This document shows, piece after piece, positions 1-9,443 of a stretch of 64,000 nucleotides of DNA (position 1 is the stretch's first letter; the number at the start of each line of letters is the position of its first letter). The position numbers and the translations under genes were made by a program. Where the stretch lies: positions 2,282 to 66,281 of the forward strand of contig CAZAEH010000004.1 of NCBI GenBank assembly GCA_964484255.1, written 5' to 3'. The stretch comes from an uncultured Planctomycetia bacterium (lineage in GTDB: Bacteria; Omnitrophota; Gorgyraeia; Pluralincolimonadales; Pluralincolimonadaceae). Below the pieces are notes generated by a model, which saw only the letters and a program-made list of their open reading frames with translations, did no database searches and was not told where the DNA came from.

Positions 1-371
1 GAGATTTTGAGCTTCTCTGAAGCGAATTCACGCGACCTTACCGCCTGCAGGATCCTGGCGCTGCGCTCCTTTGCCTCTTTTAATGTCACATCCCTAAGAA
101 GGACCAGGAACTCATCGCCTCCAAATCTCGCAAGCAGGTCCTTTCCGCCAAGGCCGTCCTTCAATAATCCGGCCAGGGACACCAGGACTTCATTGCCGGT
201 GTTCCTTCCGTACCAGCGGTTGACGCGTTCGAGATTATCTATGTCAACAAGAAGCAATGCAACACTAGGGAGCACTCTCTTATCTTTAGAGCCGGATATC
301 TCGTTATCCAGGACACCTATGATATCCTCTATTTTATTAGGGCAACCTATGCTCCCACAAGCTTCTTCCAT
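1..371 (-). CDS. Stand-alone GGDEF-domain diguanylate cyclase; the ORF continues past the window edge (C-terminus off window), so this is partial.
   Basis: Reverse-complement translation from ATG at 369-371: MEEACGSIGCPNK...LLLVDIDNLERVNRWYGRNTGNEVLVSLAGLL...RFGGDEFLVLL. An intact GGDEF motif and the DID motif are present. SIGCPNK aligns to the LTGLPNRR start of the domain, so there is no N-terminal sensor. An in-frame stop lies upstream at 414-416 with no alternative start. This ORF is not in the supplied track. Confidence 0.6.
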   Translation of the reverse strand, partial: MEEACGSIGCPNKIEDIIGVLDNEISGSKDKRVLPSVALLLVDIDNLERVNRWYGRNTGNEVLVSLAGLLKDGLGGKDLLARFGGDEFLVLLRDVTLKEAKERSARILQAVRSREFASEKLKI

Positions 372-946
372 ATCTGTCTGACCTGTTTCTCCGTGGCTAT
401 AGGAGAACCTCCATTATCCACCACATAATCGGCAGCTGCCGCTTTCTCCTTGAGCGGAAGCTGCGCGGATATCCTTTTAAGCGCTTCGGAACGGCTTATC
501 CCGAGCTTGCCGCAAGCCCTTTCTATTTGTACGCGCTTAGGGGCGGTAACCACTACCAGTTTATCTATATATCGCCTCCCGCCGGACTCCAGAAGCAACG
601 GTACGTCAAGTATTATTATAGCGGACTTATCGGCCCGGCGTATCCTGGCTGCGGCTGCACGCATATGCCTGTATATCTCGGGATGCAATATGCCGCAAAG
701 CCTGTCCAATCCCCCGCTGTCGGAGAAGACAATCTTTCCGAGGACTTTCCTATCAATATACCCGCCGCGCCTCAAGAGCTTCTTGCCGAAAACCGAAACT
801 ACTTTCTTCCAGGCCGGTTTTCCCGGTTCCATTATTGAATGGGATATCTCATCCGCGTCAATGACCGCCGCACCCATTCTCCTGAACATCCCGGAGACGG
901 TACTCTTACCCGTACCGATACTTCCGGTAACTCCTATCACGGGCAT
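347..946 (-). CDS. coaE: Dephospho-CoA kinase
   Basis: MPVIGVTGSIGTGKST P-loop at the N-terminus, 200 aa. The start was chosen at the internal Met (residue 33 of the track ORF 347..1042) just below the glgA stop; a start at 1000 is also possible. Confidence 0.75.
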   Translation of the reverse strand: MPVIGVTGSIGTGKSTVSGMFRRMGAAVIDADEISHSIMEPGKPAWKKVVSVFGKKLLRRGGYIDRKVLGKIVFSDSGGLDRLCGILHPEIYRHMRAAAARIRRADKSAIIILDVPLLLESGGRRYIDKLVVVTAPKRVQIERACGKLGISRSEALKRISAQLPLKEKAAAADYVVDNGGSPIATEKQVRQIWKKLVGA

Positions 947-948
947 CT

Positions 949-2346
949 TCAGACCAGTTTCTTGTATAATTCCAGGTACTTCTTCGCCGAACGTTGCCAT
1001 GAAAAATCGCACGCCATGGCGTTCGACACCAACTTCGTCCATAACCTCTTCTGCTTATAGACCATCAGGGCGCGTCTTACGGCGTCAAAAAGTTCCCATG
1101 TATCATAGCGCCCAAAAAGGAACCCGTTGCCCTCGCCGGTCTTTATGTTAAACTCCGATATGGTATCGGCCAGGCCTCCGGTATTACGGGCTATCGGTAT
1201 AGTCCCGTACCTGAGAGATATCATCTGCCCCAGTCCACATGGCTCATACCTTGACGGCATAAGGAACATATCCGAACCGGCATAAATCTTCTTTGCCAAC
1301 ACTTCGTCAAACTTGAGGTTTATAGATGCTTTTCGGGGCATTCTACTGCCAATCTCCCCGAACAGCCGGTGGTATTTTTCCTCGCCGGTTCCCAAGAGCA
1401 CAAATTGGACATCCATATCATCCAAGAGCCGGTTGATCATCCCGGATATGAGGTCCAATCCTTTCTGGTCCGCTAATCTGGATATCACCCCTATAACGGG
1501 CATATCGGCTCTTACATCGAGCCCGCATTCTTTCTGAAGTAAGGCCTTGTCCATTGCCTTACCTCCGGGCCTTGAGGCTGAAAAATGATATTTTAGTTCA
1601 GTGTCTTTTGACGGGTTCCACTCGCCGTAATCGATCCCGTTGAGTATACCGAAAAGGTGGTCCCTTCTCTCTCTGAGCAACGGATCTAGCCCGTAACCGA
1701 ACTCTCCGGTCTGGATCTCTTCGGCATACGCAGGAGATACGGTACTTATGAAGTCCGAAAAGACCAGGCCTCCTTTCAAGACATTCACCATGTCATAGAA
1801 CTCCAGCCTGTGCATGGTAAAATATTCCCATCCCAGCTGCGTCTTCGGAAAATCTAATTTGGAAAAAACACCCTGGTAACCGAGGTTATGGACGGTTAAC
1901 AATGTTCTTATCCCTCTGCAAGACTTATACTTAGGCCAAAATATCTCTTTAAGATATAATGGGACAAGGGCCGTCTGCCAATCATTGCAATGTATGATAT
2001 CAGGTTTGAACTTCTTTTTTCTTATTATCTCAAGAACCTGTTTTGAAAAGAACACGAACCTGTCAAGGTTATCGCCGTAATCGTTGCCGTTCTCGGCATA
2101 CAGGCCATCCCGCATGAAATAACCGTCATTCTCTACAAAATATACCGGCACTTTACCGCCCAGGAGCGTTTCATTGCCCTTGACCTTCACGCATTTGTAT
2201 TTCGGGGTCACCACCCTTATATCAACCCCGGATTTATTGAGCGCAACGGGCAGGCTTCCGGCAACATCAGCCAGTCCGCCTGTCTTGGAATAAGGCTCTA
2301 CCTCGCTTGAGGCAAAGAGCACTTTCAGCTTACTGCGCGTCGCCAT
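949..2346 (-). CDS. glgA: Glycogen synthase (ADP-glucose type, GT5)
   Basis: N-terminal KTGGLADVAGSLP motif, 465 aa, GT-B fold signatures. Confidence 0.85.
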   Translation of the reverse strand: MATRSKLKVLFASSEVEPYSKTGGLADVAGSLPVALNKSGVDIRVVTPKYKCVKVKGNETLLGGKVPVYFVENDGYFMRDGLYAENGNDYGDNLDRFVFFSKQVLEIIRKKKFKPDIIHCNDWQTALVPLYLKEIFWPKYKSCRGIRTLLTVHNLGYQGVFSKLDFPKTQLGWEYFTMHRLEFYDMVNVLKGGLVFSDFISTVSPAYAEEIQTGEFGYGLDPLLRERRDHLFGILNGIDYGEWNPSKDTELKYHFSASRPGGKAMDKALLQKECGLDVRADMPVIGVISRLADQKGLDLISGMINRLLDDMDVQFVLLGTGEEKYHRLFGEIGSRMPRKASINLKFDEVLAKKIYAGSDMFLMPSRYEPCGLGQMISLRYGTIPIARNTGGLADTISEFNIKTGEGNGFLFGRYDTWELFDAVRRALMVYKQKRLWTKLVSNAMACDFSWQRSAKKYLELYKKLV

Positions 2347-2347
2347 A

Positions 2348-5014
2348 TCAGGCGGCCTCCAGCCAGTTCTTTCCCGCTTTTATCTGGACCTTTACAGGAA
2401 CTTTAAGCCTAACCACTTCTTCCATCCTTGTCTTTACAAGACCTTTCATTACCTCCAGCTCTTCTTCAGGGACCTCAAAAACGAGCTCATCGTGTACTTG
2501 GAGGATCATCTTGGACCTCAGTTTCTTTTCGTCGATCAAGCGTTGGATATTGATCATCGCTATCTTGATCAGGTCCGCAGCCGAACCCTGGATCGGGGCG
2601 TTGATCGCCGCCCTTTCGGCGAACTGCCTGACTGAGTTGTTCTTGCTGTTTATCTCCGGCAGGTACCTGCGCCTGTTTAATATCGTGGTGACATAACCGT
2701 CATGTCTTGCCTCTTCCACCAAGCCCTCCAAAAAAATCTTTACCTTGACGTATTTATCGAAATATGCGTCTATAAACTCCTTGGCCTTGGATATCCCGAT
2801 CCTGAGTTCTTTCGAAAGCCCGAATGGGCTCATCCCATAGACTATCCCAAAGTTGACCGTCTTGGCTATAGAACGCATCTCGTTAGTGACATCATTCTCC
2901 CCGACCCCGAATATAAGCGAAGCGGTGTGGGCATGTATGTCACGGTCATTCTCGAAAGCCTTCAGGAGCTCGTTATCCGAGGAAAAATGTGCTAGTATCC
3001 TCAGTTCTATCTGCGAATAATCCGCGGCCAGTATCGACCACCCTTTGTTGCCTGATATAAAAGCTTTGCGTATCCTCCTGCCCATCTCTGTCTTTACCGG
3101 GATATTCTGGAAATTGGGATCCGAGGAACTCAGCCGGCCGGTAGCGGTTACCGTCTGGTTAAAAGACGTGTGGACCCGGCCCGTCTTGCCGTTCACCAAT
3201 TCCGGCAATGCATCGACATAAGTAGACTTAAGTTTCTGGATCTCCCTGTATTTCAACAACAACGCCGGCAAAGGGTGAGCCGCCGACAAGGTATCCAGGA
3301 CATCAACGTCCGTTGAATGGCCCGTCTTCGTCTTCTTAACCGCAGGGAGCCCGAGTTTAACAAAGAGCACTTCGGAAAGCTGTTTAGGCGAATTGATATT
3401 GAACTCTGTCCCTGCCGTTTCGTATATTTCCGCAGTCAATCTATCAAGCTGCTTTTCCATATCAACCGACATTTTGCCCAAGTAACCGGTATCGATAGCC
3501 ACCCCGGTAAATTCCATGTCCGCCAGGCAATCAACCAGCGGCATCTCGACCTCATGGAAAAGCTTGCCCATATCCTTTTCTTCAAGCTGGGCATCCAGCA
3601 CTTTTTTAAGCCTGAAAGTCGCATCAGAATCCTGGCAGCAATAGTCTTTTACACGGCCAACATCGACTTCCTTCATAGTTATCTTCTTCTTGCCCTCGCC
3701 TATAAGCTCCGTTATGGGGGTCTTCTTCAGCCCCAGGTATTCCAGCGAGATATCCTCAAGGTTATGGTTAAATTTTGAAGGGTTGAGGATATATGAAGCC
3801 ACCATAGTATCAAAGATCTGCCCTTTTATCTTCACTCCGTTTACTTCCAGAAGCAGCTTCTCGTATTTTATGTTCTGGCCTATCTTCGTTATGCCCTTGT
3901 CTTCCAATACCTTTTTAAGCTGGCCTAAAACTTCCTGTTTAGGCAACCCTCCTTCAACATCACCTATAGGAACGTAAAAGGCAAGGCCTTCCTTCCAGCA
4001 AAAAGATACGCCCACGGGTTCACAGGACATGGGATCCGGCCCGGTCGTCTCGAAGTCCAGAGCAAACTCATTTTGCGCTGACAAATCTTTAACCAACCGT
4101 TCAAGGCCGTCATTGCCAGATACAAGCCTGTAATCACCGGATATCTTCTTGCCCGGTGAAGACAGGTCCTTAAGCAAGCTCTTGAATTCCAGTTCATTGA
4201 ACAGTTCATATAATCTTTGCCCGTCAGGCGCCCCCAGGCGGAGGGATTCAAGGTCAATCTCTATGGGCACATTGCCGTCAACCGTAGCCAATTCTTTGCT
4301 CATGATCGCCTGTTCCCTGCCGGACGATATTTTTTTACGCAGGGTCTCAGACTTTATCGAATTAACGCCGTCCAAGACCTTCTCGAGGCTGCCAAAATCC
4401 TCCATAAGTTTCCTGGCAGTCACCTCCCCGACCCCGGCTATACCGGGAATATTGTCGGAAGCGTCCCCCATAAGTGCCATGAGATCCGTTATCTTCCCGG
4501 GGGGAACTCCGTATCGTTCTCTGACCGCCTCCGCATCATATATGAGCCCTTCTTTATGAAGATTGTATACGTTGGTACGCGGCCCGACAAGCTGAAGCAT
4601 ATCCTTATCCCCGGTCACTATATAGACCTCGAAACCTTCCCCGGAAGCCCTGCCGGCGACGGTCGCCAGGATATCATCCGCCTCGTAACCCTGCATTTCA
4701 AAGATCGGTATATTATAAGCCCTTACAACTTCTTTTATTATGGGCATCTGGTCTACAAGCTCTTCCGGCATCGGTTTCCGGTGTATCTTGTATTTCTCGA
4801 ACTTCTTATGCCTGAAAGTCGGCCCTTTCAGGTCGAAAGCTATCGCCATATATCCGGGCTTTTCGTCCTTGATGATCTTGTTGATCATCGTGATAAACCC
4901 GTATATAGCGTTCGTAGGCTGGCCTTTCGAGTTCGTCAGGGCCCGTATGGCATAAAATGCCCTGTAACAGAACGAATTGCCATCTACGAGAAACAACCTT
5001 CTTTTATCGGACAT
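2348..5014 (-). CDS. polA: DNA polymerase I
   Basis: 888 aa. 5'-3' exonuclease N-terminus (LFLVDGNSFCYRAFYA), C-terminal pol A family motifs (RRxAKxxNFGxxYG, QVHDELVFE). Confidence 0.9.
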   Translation of the reverse strand: MSDKRRLFLVDGNSFCYRAFYAIRALTNSKGQPTNAIYGFITMINKIIKDEKPGYMAIAFDLKGPTFRHKKFEKYKIHRKPMPEELVDQMPIIKEVVRAYNIPIFEMQGYEADDILATVAGRASGEGFEVYIVTGDKDMLQLVGPRTNVYNLHKEGLIYDAEAVRERYGVPPGKITDLMALMGDASDNIPGIAGVGEVTARKLMEDFGSLEKVLDGVNSIKSETLRKKISSGREQAIMSKELATVDGNVPIEIDLESLRLGAPDGQRLYELFNELEFKSLLKDLSSPGKKISGDYRLVSGNDGLERLVKDLSAQNEFALDFETTGPDPMSCEPVGVSFCWKEGLAFYVPIGDVEGGLPKQEVLGQLKKVLEDKGITKIGQNIKYEKLLLEVNGVKIKGQIFDTMVASYILNPSKFNHNLEDISLEYLGLKKTPITELIGEGKKKITMKEVDVGRVKDYCCQDSDATFRLKKVLDAQLEEKDMGKLFHEVEMPLVDCLADMEFTGVAIDTGYLGKMSVDMEKQLDRLTAEIYETAGTEFNINSPKQLSEVLFVKLGLPAVKKTKTGHSTDVDVLDTLSAAHPLPALLLKYREIQKLKSTYVDALPELVNGKTGRVHTSFNQTVTATGRLSSSDPNFQNIPVKTEMGRRIRKAFISGNKGWSILAADYSQIELRILAHFSSDNELLKAFENDRDIHAHTASLIFGVGENDVTNEMRSIAKTVNFGIVYGMSPFGLSKELRIGISKAKEFIDAYFDKYVKVKIFLEGLVEEARHDGYVTTILNRRRYLPEINSKNNSVRQFAERAAINAPIQGSAADLIKIAMINIQRLIDEKKLRSKMILQVHDELVFEVPEEELEVMKGLVKTRMEEVVRLKVPVKVQIKAGKNWLEAA

Positions 5015-5109
5015 TGCTCAATATAGATATTCTTCTTATTGGGTACTTTTCCGGTGTAGGTAATATGCGGGAATACAATAAGGCGTGAACCCCAAAAATA
5101 CTGGTTTGT

Positions 5110-5433
5110 CTATTCCTTGAGCTTTACAGCCGTTCCATAAGCATATACATAACCGCTGTAATTGAAGTAATTGATACCTACTACGTAATCGGCTCCAAGG
5201 TCCCTCGCGGTATCCTTTAATTTTCCGTTAAGGCCGTCGAGATTCACCTCTCCTCCGCGAGCCGAGATTATTCCTATTACTTTGTATGACTCCTTCAGGT
5301 CCCCCGTGGTAAGGACGATCTCTTTCTGTTTGCCGTTGGAACCCTTGTTCTTGGGCATCACCTGGGCATCAATTGTCGAAACCAATACCAGTGCAGCCAA
5401 AACGGCTGCAACTATAAATATATTACGCTTCAT
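5110..5433 (-). CDS. YbjQ/UPF0145 (DUF74) family protein with an N-terminal Sec signal peptide
   Basis: 107 aa. Signal peptide MKRNIFIVAAVLAALVLVSTIDA. C-terminus LGADYVVGINYFNYSG..YGTAVKL resembles E. coli YbjQ LGADAVVGIDIDYE..VSGTAVK. Confidence 0.5.
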   Translation of the reverse strand: MKRNIFIVAAVLAALVLVSTIDAQVMPKNKGSNGKQKEIVLTTGDLKESYKVIGIISARGGEVNLDGLNGKLKDTARDLGADYVVGINYFNYSGYVYAYGTAVKLKE

Positions 5434-6554
5434 AGTACCGGTTCTCCTCTGGAATCAAGTACCGTAGCCGTAAGGAAGATCAAAAGGTTCTTCTTCGCAC
5501 TGGTGCTGTGATGGGTCTTAAAAAGATCCCCTACCAGCGGGAGATCTCCCAGTACGGGCACCTTCCTCTTCGTGACATCCTCAGTCTCCCTGATAAGGCC
5601 GCCGATAACAACAGTTTCTCCGCTTTTTAGGACTACCGACGTCTGCGTAGTCCTGGTATCTATTATGGGGTAACCGAGCCCGTCAGGAAACTCATCTGCG
5701 GCTGAAATCGGCACCTGGTCGACCAGGACACTTACTTCCGGATGTATATCCATGGTGATTATCTTGTTGTCGCCTGAAACGGTAGGAGTGACTTCAAGCA
5801 TGATCCCGGTAACCTTTTCGGCAACTTTATATACCTCGACCATGATAGGCCTGCCGGTAGTACCGATATTCGTCCTCGTGAAATCGGAGGCATAGGGCAC
5901 TATATTGGCAAGCTGTATGTTGGCCATCTGCCCGGAAAGCGTCGTTACCGTAGGCGACGAGAGCAGGTTTAACTTGCCCTGCTCCTCAAGGGCCTTTATA
6001 TGCATTCGTATCTGGTTACCTGCAGCCGTGAAAGTGCCGAGTTGTAAATCCAGACCGCCGGCTTCGTTTGCAAGCCCGAATACACCTGCAAGATCATCAT
6101 TGGCATCGCTTCTGTCCAGCATGGAACTAGAGAACATACTTACGCCGGTATTGCTGAAACGATTATTCTTTTCCGCGGAGCGGTTGGGTCTGTACCATTC
6201 CCATTCCACTCCAAGTTCTTCTATATCGGTAACATCTATCTCCACGAACCTGGCCTGGATCTTAACCTGGCTGGGACCGGTGTCCCAAAGCTCGATTAGG
6301 TCCCTTGCCAATACCTGGTTGGTCGGGGTGTCCGTTATAGTCAAAACACCGGTGATATCATCCATCACTATCTTCCTTTCCGGGTTCTCCGGTAGGGCCT
6401 GCTGAAGATAGTCTTGAATATTGTCGGCCTCTCCACCTGATGAGATTTCTCCTGCCCCCTCGCTTTCCGCCTGGGCAAACACGTTTGAAGAAACAAAAAA
6501 AGCAAAGGCCGTTATAACCGTTGCAAATATCAAAACCCGGACGGTCATCTTCAT
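5430..6554 (-). CDS. Short secretin (signal peptide, single N3-type domain, C-terminal secretin domain; no N0 domain)
   Basis: 374 aa. N3-like segment QVKIQARFVEIDV. Secretin C-domain VPVLGDLPLVGDLF ... NLLIFLTATVL. Paralog of the next gene. Confidence 0.8.
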   Translation of the reverse strand: MKMTVRVLIFATVITAFAFFVSSNVFAQAESEGAGEISSGGEADNIQDYLQQALPENPERKIVMDDITGVLTITDTPTNQVLARDLIELWDTGPSQVKIQARFVEIDVTDIEELGVEWEWYRPNRSAEKNNRFSNTGVSMFSSSMLDRSDANDDLAGVFGLANEAGGLDLQLGTFTAAGNQIRMHIKALEEQGKLNLLSSPTVTTLSGQMANIQLANIVPYASDFTRTNIGTTGRPIMVEVYKVAEKVTGIMLEVTPTVSGDNKIITMDIHPEVSVLVDQVPISAADEFPDGLGYPIIDTRTTQTSVVLKSGETVVIGGLIRETEDVTKRKVPVLGDLPLVGDLFKTHHSTSAKKNLLIFLTATVLDSRGEPVL

Positions 6555-7642
6555 CTTACCGCCTCCCCTCTGGCATTGATGATGCTCGCCGTGATGAAAA
6601 TAAGGAGGTTCTTCTTGCGCTGGTTCTTGTAATCATATTGGAACGCCTTGCCCAGGACAGGAATATCTCCAAGTACGGGTACCTTCATCTTCGTTATAGT
6701 CTCTTCATCCTTTATCATGCCGCCTAACACTATCGTCTGTCCGCTGTCAACAACAACACTCGTCTGGGCGGTCCTTACATCCACAACCGGCCAGCCTAAC
6801 GAATCAGGGATCAACGGCACGGCATCTGTCGCGGTGACGTTTCCGAGCTGCCCGGTCTCACCGCTCGTGGTCAACGTGGATATGCTTACCTGGTCCTTAA
6901 GGATACTTACCTCGGGATGCAGGTCCAGGGTTATGGTATTGGAGCCTTCGGTCACATAGGGAGTAGCTTCAAGGAATATCCCTATGGGTTTCTCAGCCAA
7001 TGTAAGTTTATAACTCCATATAGGATCTTCGGCCGTACCTATGTTCTCAAGGGTGAAATCCGACACATAGGGCTGCGTCCTTACAACCTGGATATTGGCC
7101 ATCTGTCCTGCGATCGTGGTGATCTTAGGTGAAGACAAAAGGTTGGCTTTGCCCTGTTCGGCCAACGCTCTAAGATTGGCAACAAAATAATCGCCGCCTT
7201 CCAGGATCTTAAAGAGCATCAACTGGCTGGCATAACTTCCGGAAAGCGGGAAAGCTCCCGCAGCGCTGTCCCAGACAACCTGTCCCGGCCCGACCCTGCT
7301 GCCCCTGAGACCCTTATTGCTGGTATGGCCTTCATGCATCTCATAATATTCTACGCCAAGTTCCCAGAGATCGGTAACATCGACTTCGACGAACCTTGTC
7401 TCTATCATGACCTGTTTAGGCCCGACCTCGTACTGCTTAATAAGGTCCTTTATGAGGGATTGGTTCGTCTTCGTGTCTGTCACCGTAAGGAGCTTCGTGG
7501 CCTGGTTGTATGTTATTTTCCTGCCGTCCTGCGGGGGCAGGCTGTTCTGGAGATATTCGGCAATGGTAAGATCTTCCGAAGACGCGATACAGGGGAGCCC
7601 CAAAAGGGAAACGACTGCTAGAATAAGGAGATTTTTTCTCAT
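6551..7642 (-). CDS. Short secretin paralog (signal peptide, N3-type domain, secretin domain; no N0)
   Basis: 363 aa. QVMIETRFVEVDV; VPVLGDIPVLGKAF...NLLIFITASII. Overlaps the downstream paralog by 4 nt. Confidence 0.8.
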   Translation of the reverse strand: MRKNLLILAVVSLLGLPCIASSEDLTIAEYLQNSLPPQDGRKITYNQATKLLTVTDTKTNQSLIKDLIKQYEVGPKQVMIETRFVEVDVTDLWELGVEYYEMHEGHTSNKGLRGSRVGPGQVVWDSAAGAFPLSGSYASQLMLFKILEGGDYFVANLRALAEQGKANLLSSPKITTIAGQMANIQVVRTQPYVSDFTLENIGTAEDPIWSYKLTLAEKPIGIFLEATPYVTEGSNTITLDLHPEVSILKDQVSISTLTTSGETGQLGNVTATDAVPLIPDSLGWPVVDVRTAQTSVVVDSGQTIVLGGMIKDEETITKMKVPVLGDIPVLGKAFQYDYKNQRKKNLLIFITASIINARGEAVR

Positions 7643-7644
7643 GT

Positions 7645-8760
7645 CTATTCCTGTTTGGTCTCGAATTCTTTCAGTTTAACTTCCCTGGTCTTACGTTCCG
7701 GATATTTAAGTTTGTAGGTCCTGGTAACCAAGTCTTCTTTCTGTATTACGGATTTGCTTGATACATAGACGTAATTCGGTTCTACTTTATATGCCAACTG
7801 CGTTGTCTTGAAAGCTATATCCAATACATCAAGAAGTGGCATAGGAGTAGCCGTGCTCAAGGAAATCTTTATAGGGCTGTCTTTTGTGAGGTTGGCAAGC
7901 TCCCTCTCGTCGACAACAATCGTAACACCCGTCATCTCCATCAGCTGGCGGATAAGGTCTTGGATATCCGCATCGGTTACCGAGATCGCCGGGACCATTA
8001 CGCTGCGCATCTTGTCGACCAGGGCTTTTTTCGCTTCCTGCTCGGCCCTTTCGGCCTCAGATATAACTTCTTCTATCTGTACCTCTTCCTTAGCCGGAGG
8101 CGTAGGAGGCAACCAACTCCTGTCTACGTCCCGCAGCGAAGCCTGCTCTGCGGTTTCCTTTTCCTCGCTTATAACCTGTCTGTCTTTAATTATATCCTTG
8201 CGCTCCTCAAGCGTGGACTTTTCCCTGAGATAATAGTTTTCGGCTTTTTGGGCTTTCTCAAGCCATAGACGCGCCTCTGAATCATTTGGGTTGGCCGCGA
8301 GAGCAGTCTCAAAATCGCTTACCGCCGCGGAATACTGCTTATTGGCATAATTGGCCTTACCCCTCTTTACCATGGAACCCGTTACCGTTCCCGGAACATC
8401 CTTAACTATCCCTTCCTTGCATAACTCGACGTAATGGACCGCAGACTTGTTCTTGGGGTCCATCTGGACGATCTTCTCGAACAGTTGTTGGGCAGTTTCG
8501 TAATTTTTGGCTTCGTATTCTTTTTTAGCTTGGCTGAAGAGGTCTGAAATAACGGTTTTCCGTTCGATCTTCTTTTGCTTTGCGAGGTCCTGGGCTACTA
8601 TCTTGGCTTCAATGGACTCATCGGAGTACGCTGAAGTGCTTGCTGCGCGGGCTTCACTTCCCGAGAAATAAAACAATGAGATAATAAAGAACAAATTAAA
8701 AGTCAGGCAAATACAAAAAAACGGCAGTACCGTTCTTTTAACCCCATTGGTAATATCCAT
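7645..8760 (-). CDS. Membrane-anchored TPR-repeat protein with a C-terminal secretin-N0-like domain
   Basis: 371 aa. N-terminal TM segment, TPR-like repeats (AKNYETAQQLFEKIVQMDPKN; KQYSAAVSDFETALAANPND). C-terminus ISVTDADIQDLIRQLMEMTGVTIVVDE...ISLSTATPMPLLDVLDIAFKTTQLAYKVEPNYVYV aligns to the N0 domain of the full-length secretin at 51116..52876 (ITLDFKDADIQNVLRVLAFKSGINIVAGKEV...VDVPWEQALAVILNTYGFAYERDGNIITV). Confidence 0.55.
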   Translation of the reverse strand: MDITNGVKRTVLPFFCICLTFNLFFIISLFYFSGSEARAASTSAYSDESIEAKIVAQDLAKQKKIERKTVISDLFSQAKKEYEAKNYETAQQLFEKIVQMDPKNKSAVHYVELCKEGIVKDVPGTVTGSMVKRGKANYANKQYSAAVSDFETALAANPNDSEARLWLEKAQKAENYYLREKSTLEERKDIIKDRQVISEEKETAEQASLRDVDRSWLPPTPPAKEEVQIEEVISEAERAEQEAKKALVDKMRSVMVPAISVTDADIQDLIRQLMEMTGVTIVVDERELANLTKDSPIKISLSTATPMPLLDVLDIAFKTTQLAYKVEPNYVYVSSKSVIQKEDLVTRTYKLKYPERKTREVKLKEFETKQE

Positions 8761-8765
8761 TTATA

Positions 8766-9443
8766 TCATCTCCCCTTGTTAATAACCCACTCTTGATTTT
8801 GGCCGTATAATACCACACTACCCGGCTTTATGTCAAGAACTTTATAACCGTTGTATTCCTCGCCCTTCTTGACTTCGAAGGTCTTGTCGTTCATTGAGTC
8901 GTATAATTTAGCTATAAGCTCTTTACTTTTAACGGGTTTCTTGTATTCAAGGATAAGCTGGCCGTCCCTATTTTCGGCCTTTATCAGTTTGGAGTTTATC
9001 TCCAAAATTTTGTAATCCTTAAACTTTTCCCCCTTCTTAGCAAAATATGTCTTGCCCGACCAGTTGATTTGCCCTATCATGGTCCCATCCTGCTTCTGGA
9101 TGAAGCCGTTATACATAAAAGGCAGATTATTCGCCCCTATAGAAACCACCTTAAGCTTTTCAGGGCTGAACTGTTCGGGGGGCGCTTCCGGTTTGATAAA
9201 GATGTTCCTGTCGAACAAAGGTTTATATCTCGATATTGCGAACGGTGAATTGATGCCATCGATAAGCGCGGCATAATTGTCGGTTGTATCCGTGACTTCC
9301 AGGCCCTGGGCTTTCTGCATCCCGGCCTTCTCCTCCATTAAAACACCGGATTCTTCAGGCGCAAAAAGGGACGAGCCCCTCCAGATAAAGATAAGCCATA
9401 TCGCAAACAGGATTATAGTTGCTATTTTATACGCATCCTTCAT
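8766..9443 (-). CDS. PilP/GspC-like periplasmic protein with N-terminal TM anchor and two tandem HR-type beta domains
   Basis: 225 aa. Internal repeat YFAKKGEKFKDYKILEINSKLIKA / FEVKKGEEYNGYKVLDIKPGSVVL resembles the PilP core of locus B (LKVGDILGDYKVTKITEDEVTL). Confidence 0.45.
   Translation of the reverse strand: MKDAYKIATIILFAIWLIFIWRGSSLFAPEESGVLMEEKAGMQKAQGLEVTDTTDNYAALIDGINSPFAISRYKPLFDRNIFIKPEAPPEQFSPEKLKVVSIGANNLPFMYNGFIQKQDGTMIGQINWSGKTYFAKKGEKFKDYKILEINSKLIKAENRDGQLILEYKKPVKSKELIAKLYDSMNDKTFEVKKGEEYNGYKVLDIKPGSVVLYGQNQEWVINKGR

Noticed and set aside
7-381. Plus-strand 124-aa ORF at the window start.
   Set aside because: It is low-complexity S/R/P-rich. The opposite strand encodes a well-conserved GGDEF domain and the coaE 3' end, so this is a shadow ORF.
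450-1151. Plus-strand ORFs overlapping coaE and glgA (450..1151, 527..838, 839..1060). The same pattern of short plus-strand ORFs recurs throughout 1..55 kb.
   Set aside because: They are all antisense to strongly supported minus-strand genes, have no recognisable domains, and disrupt operon continuity. They were treated as spurious.
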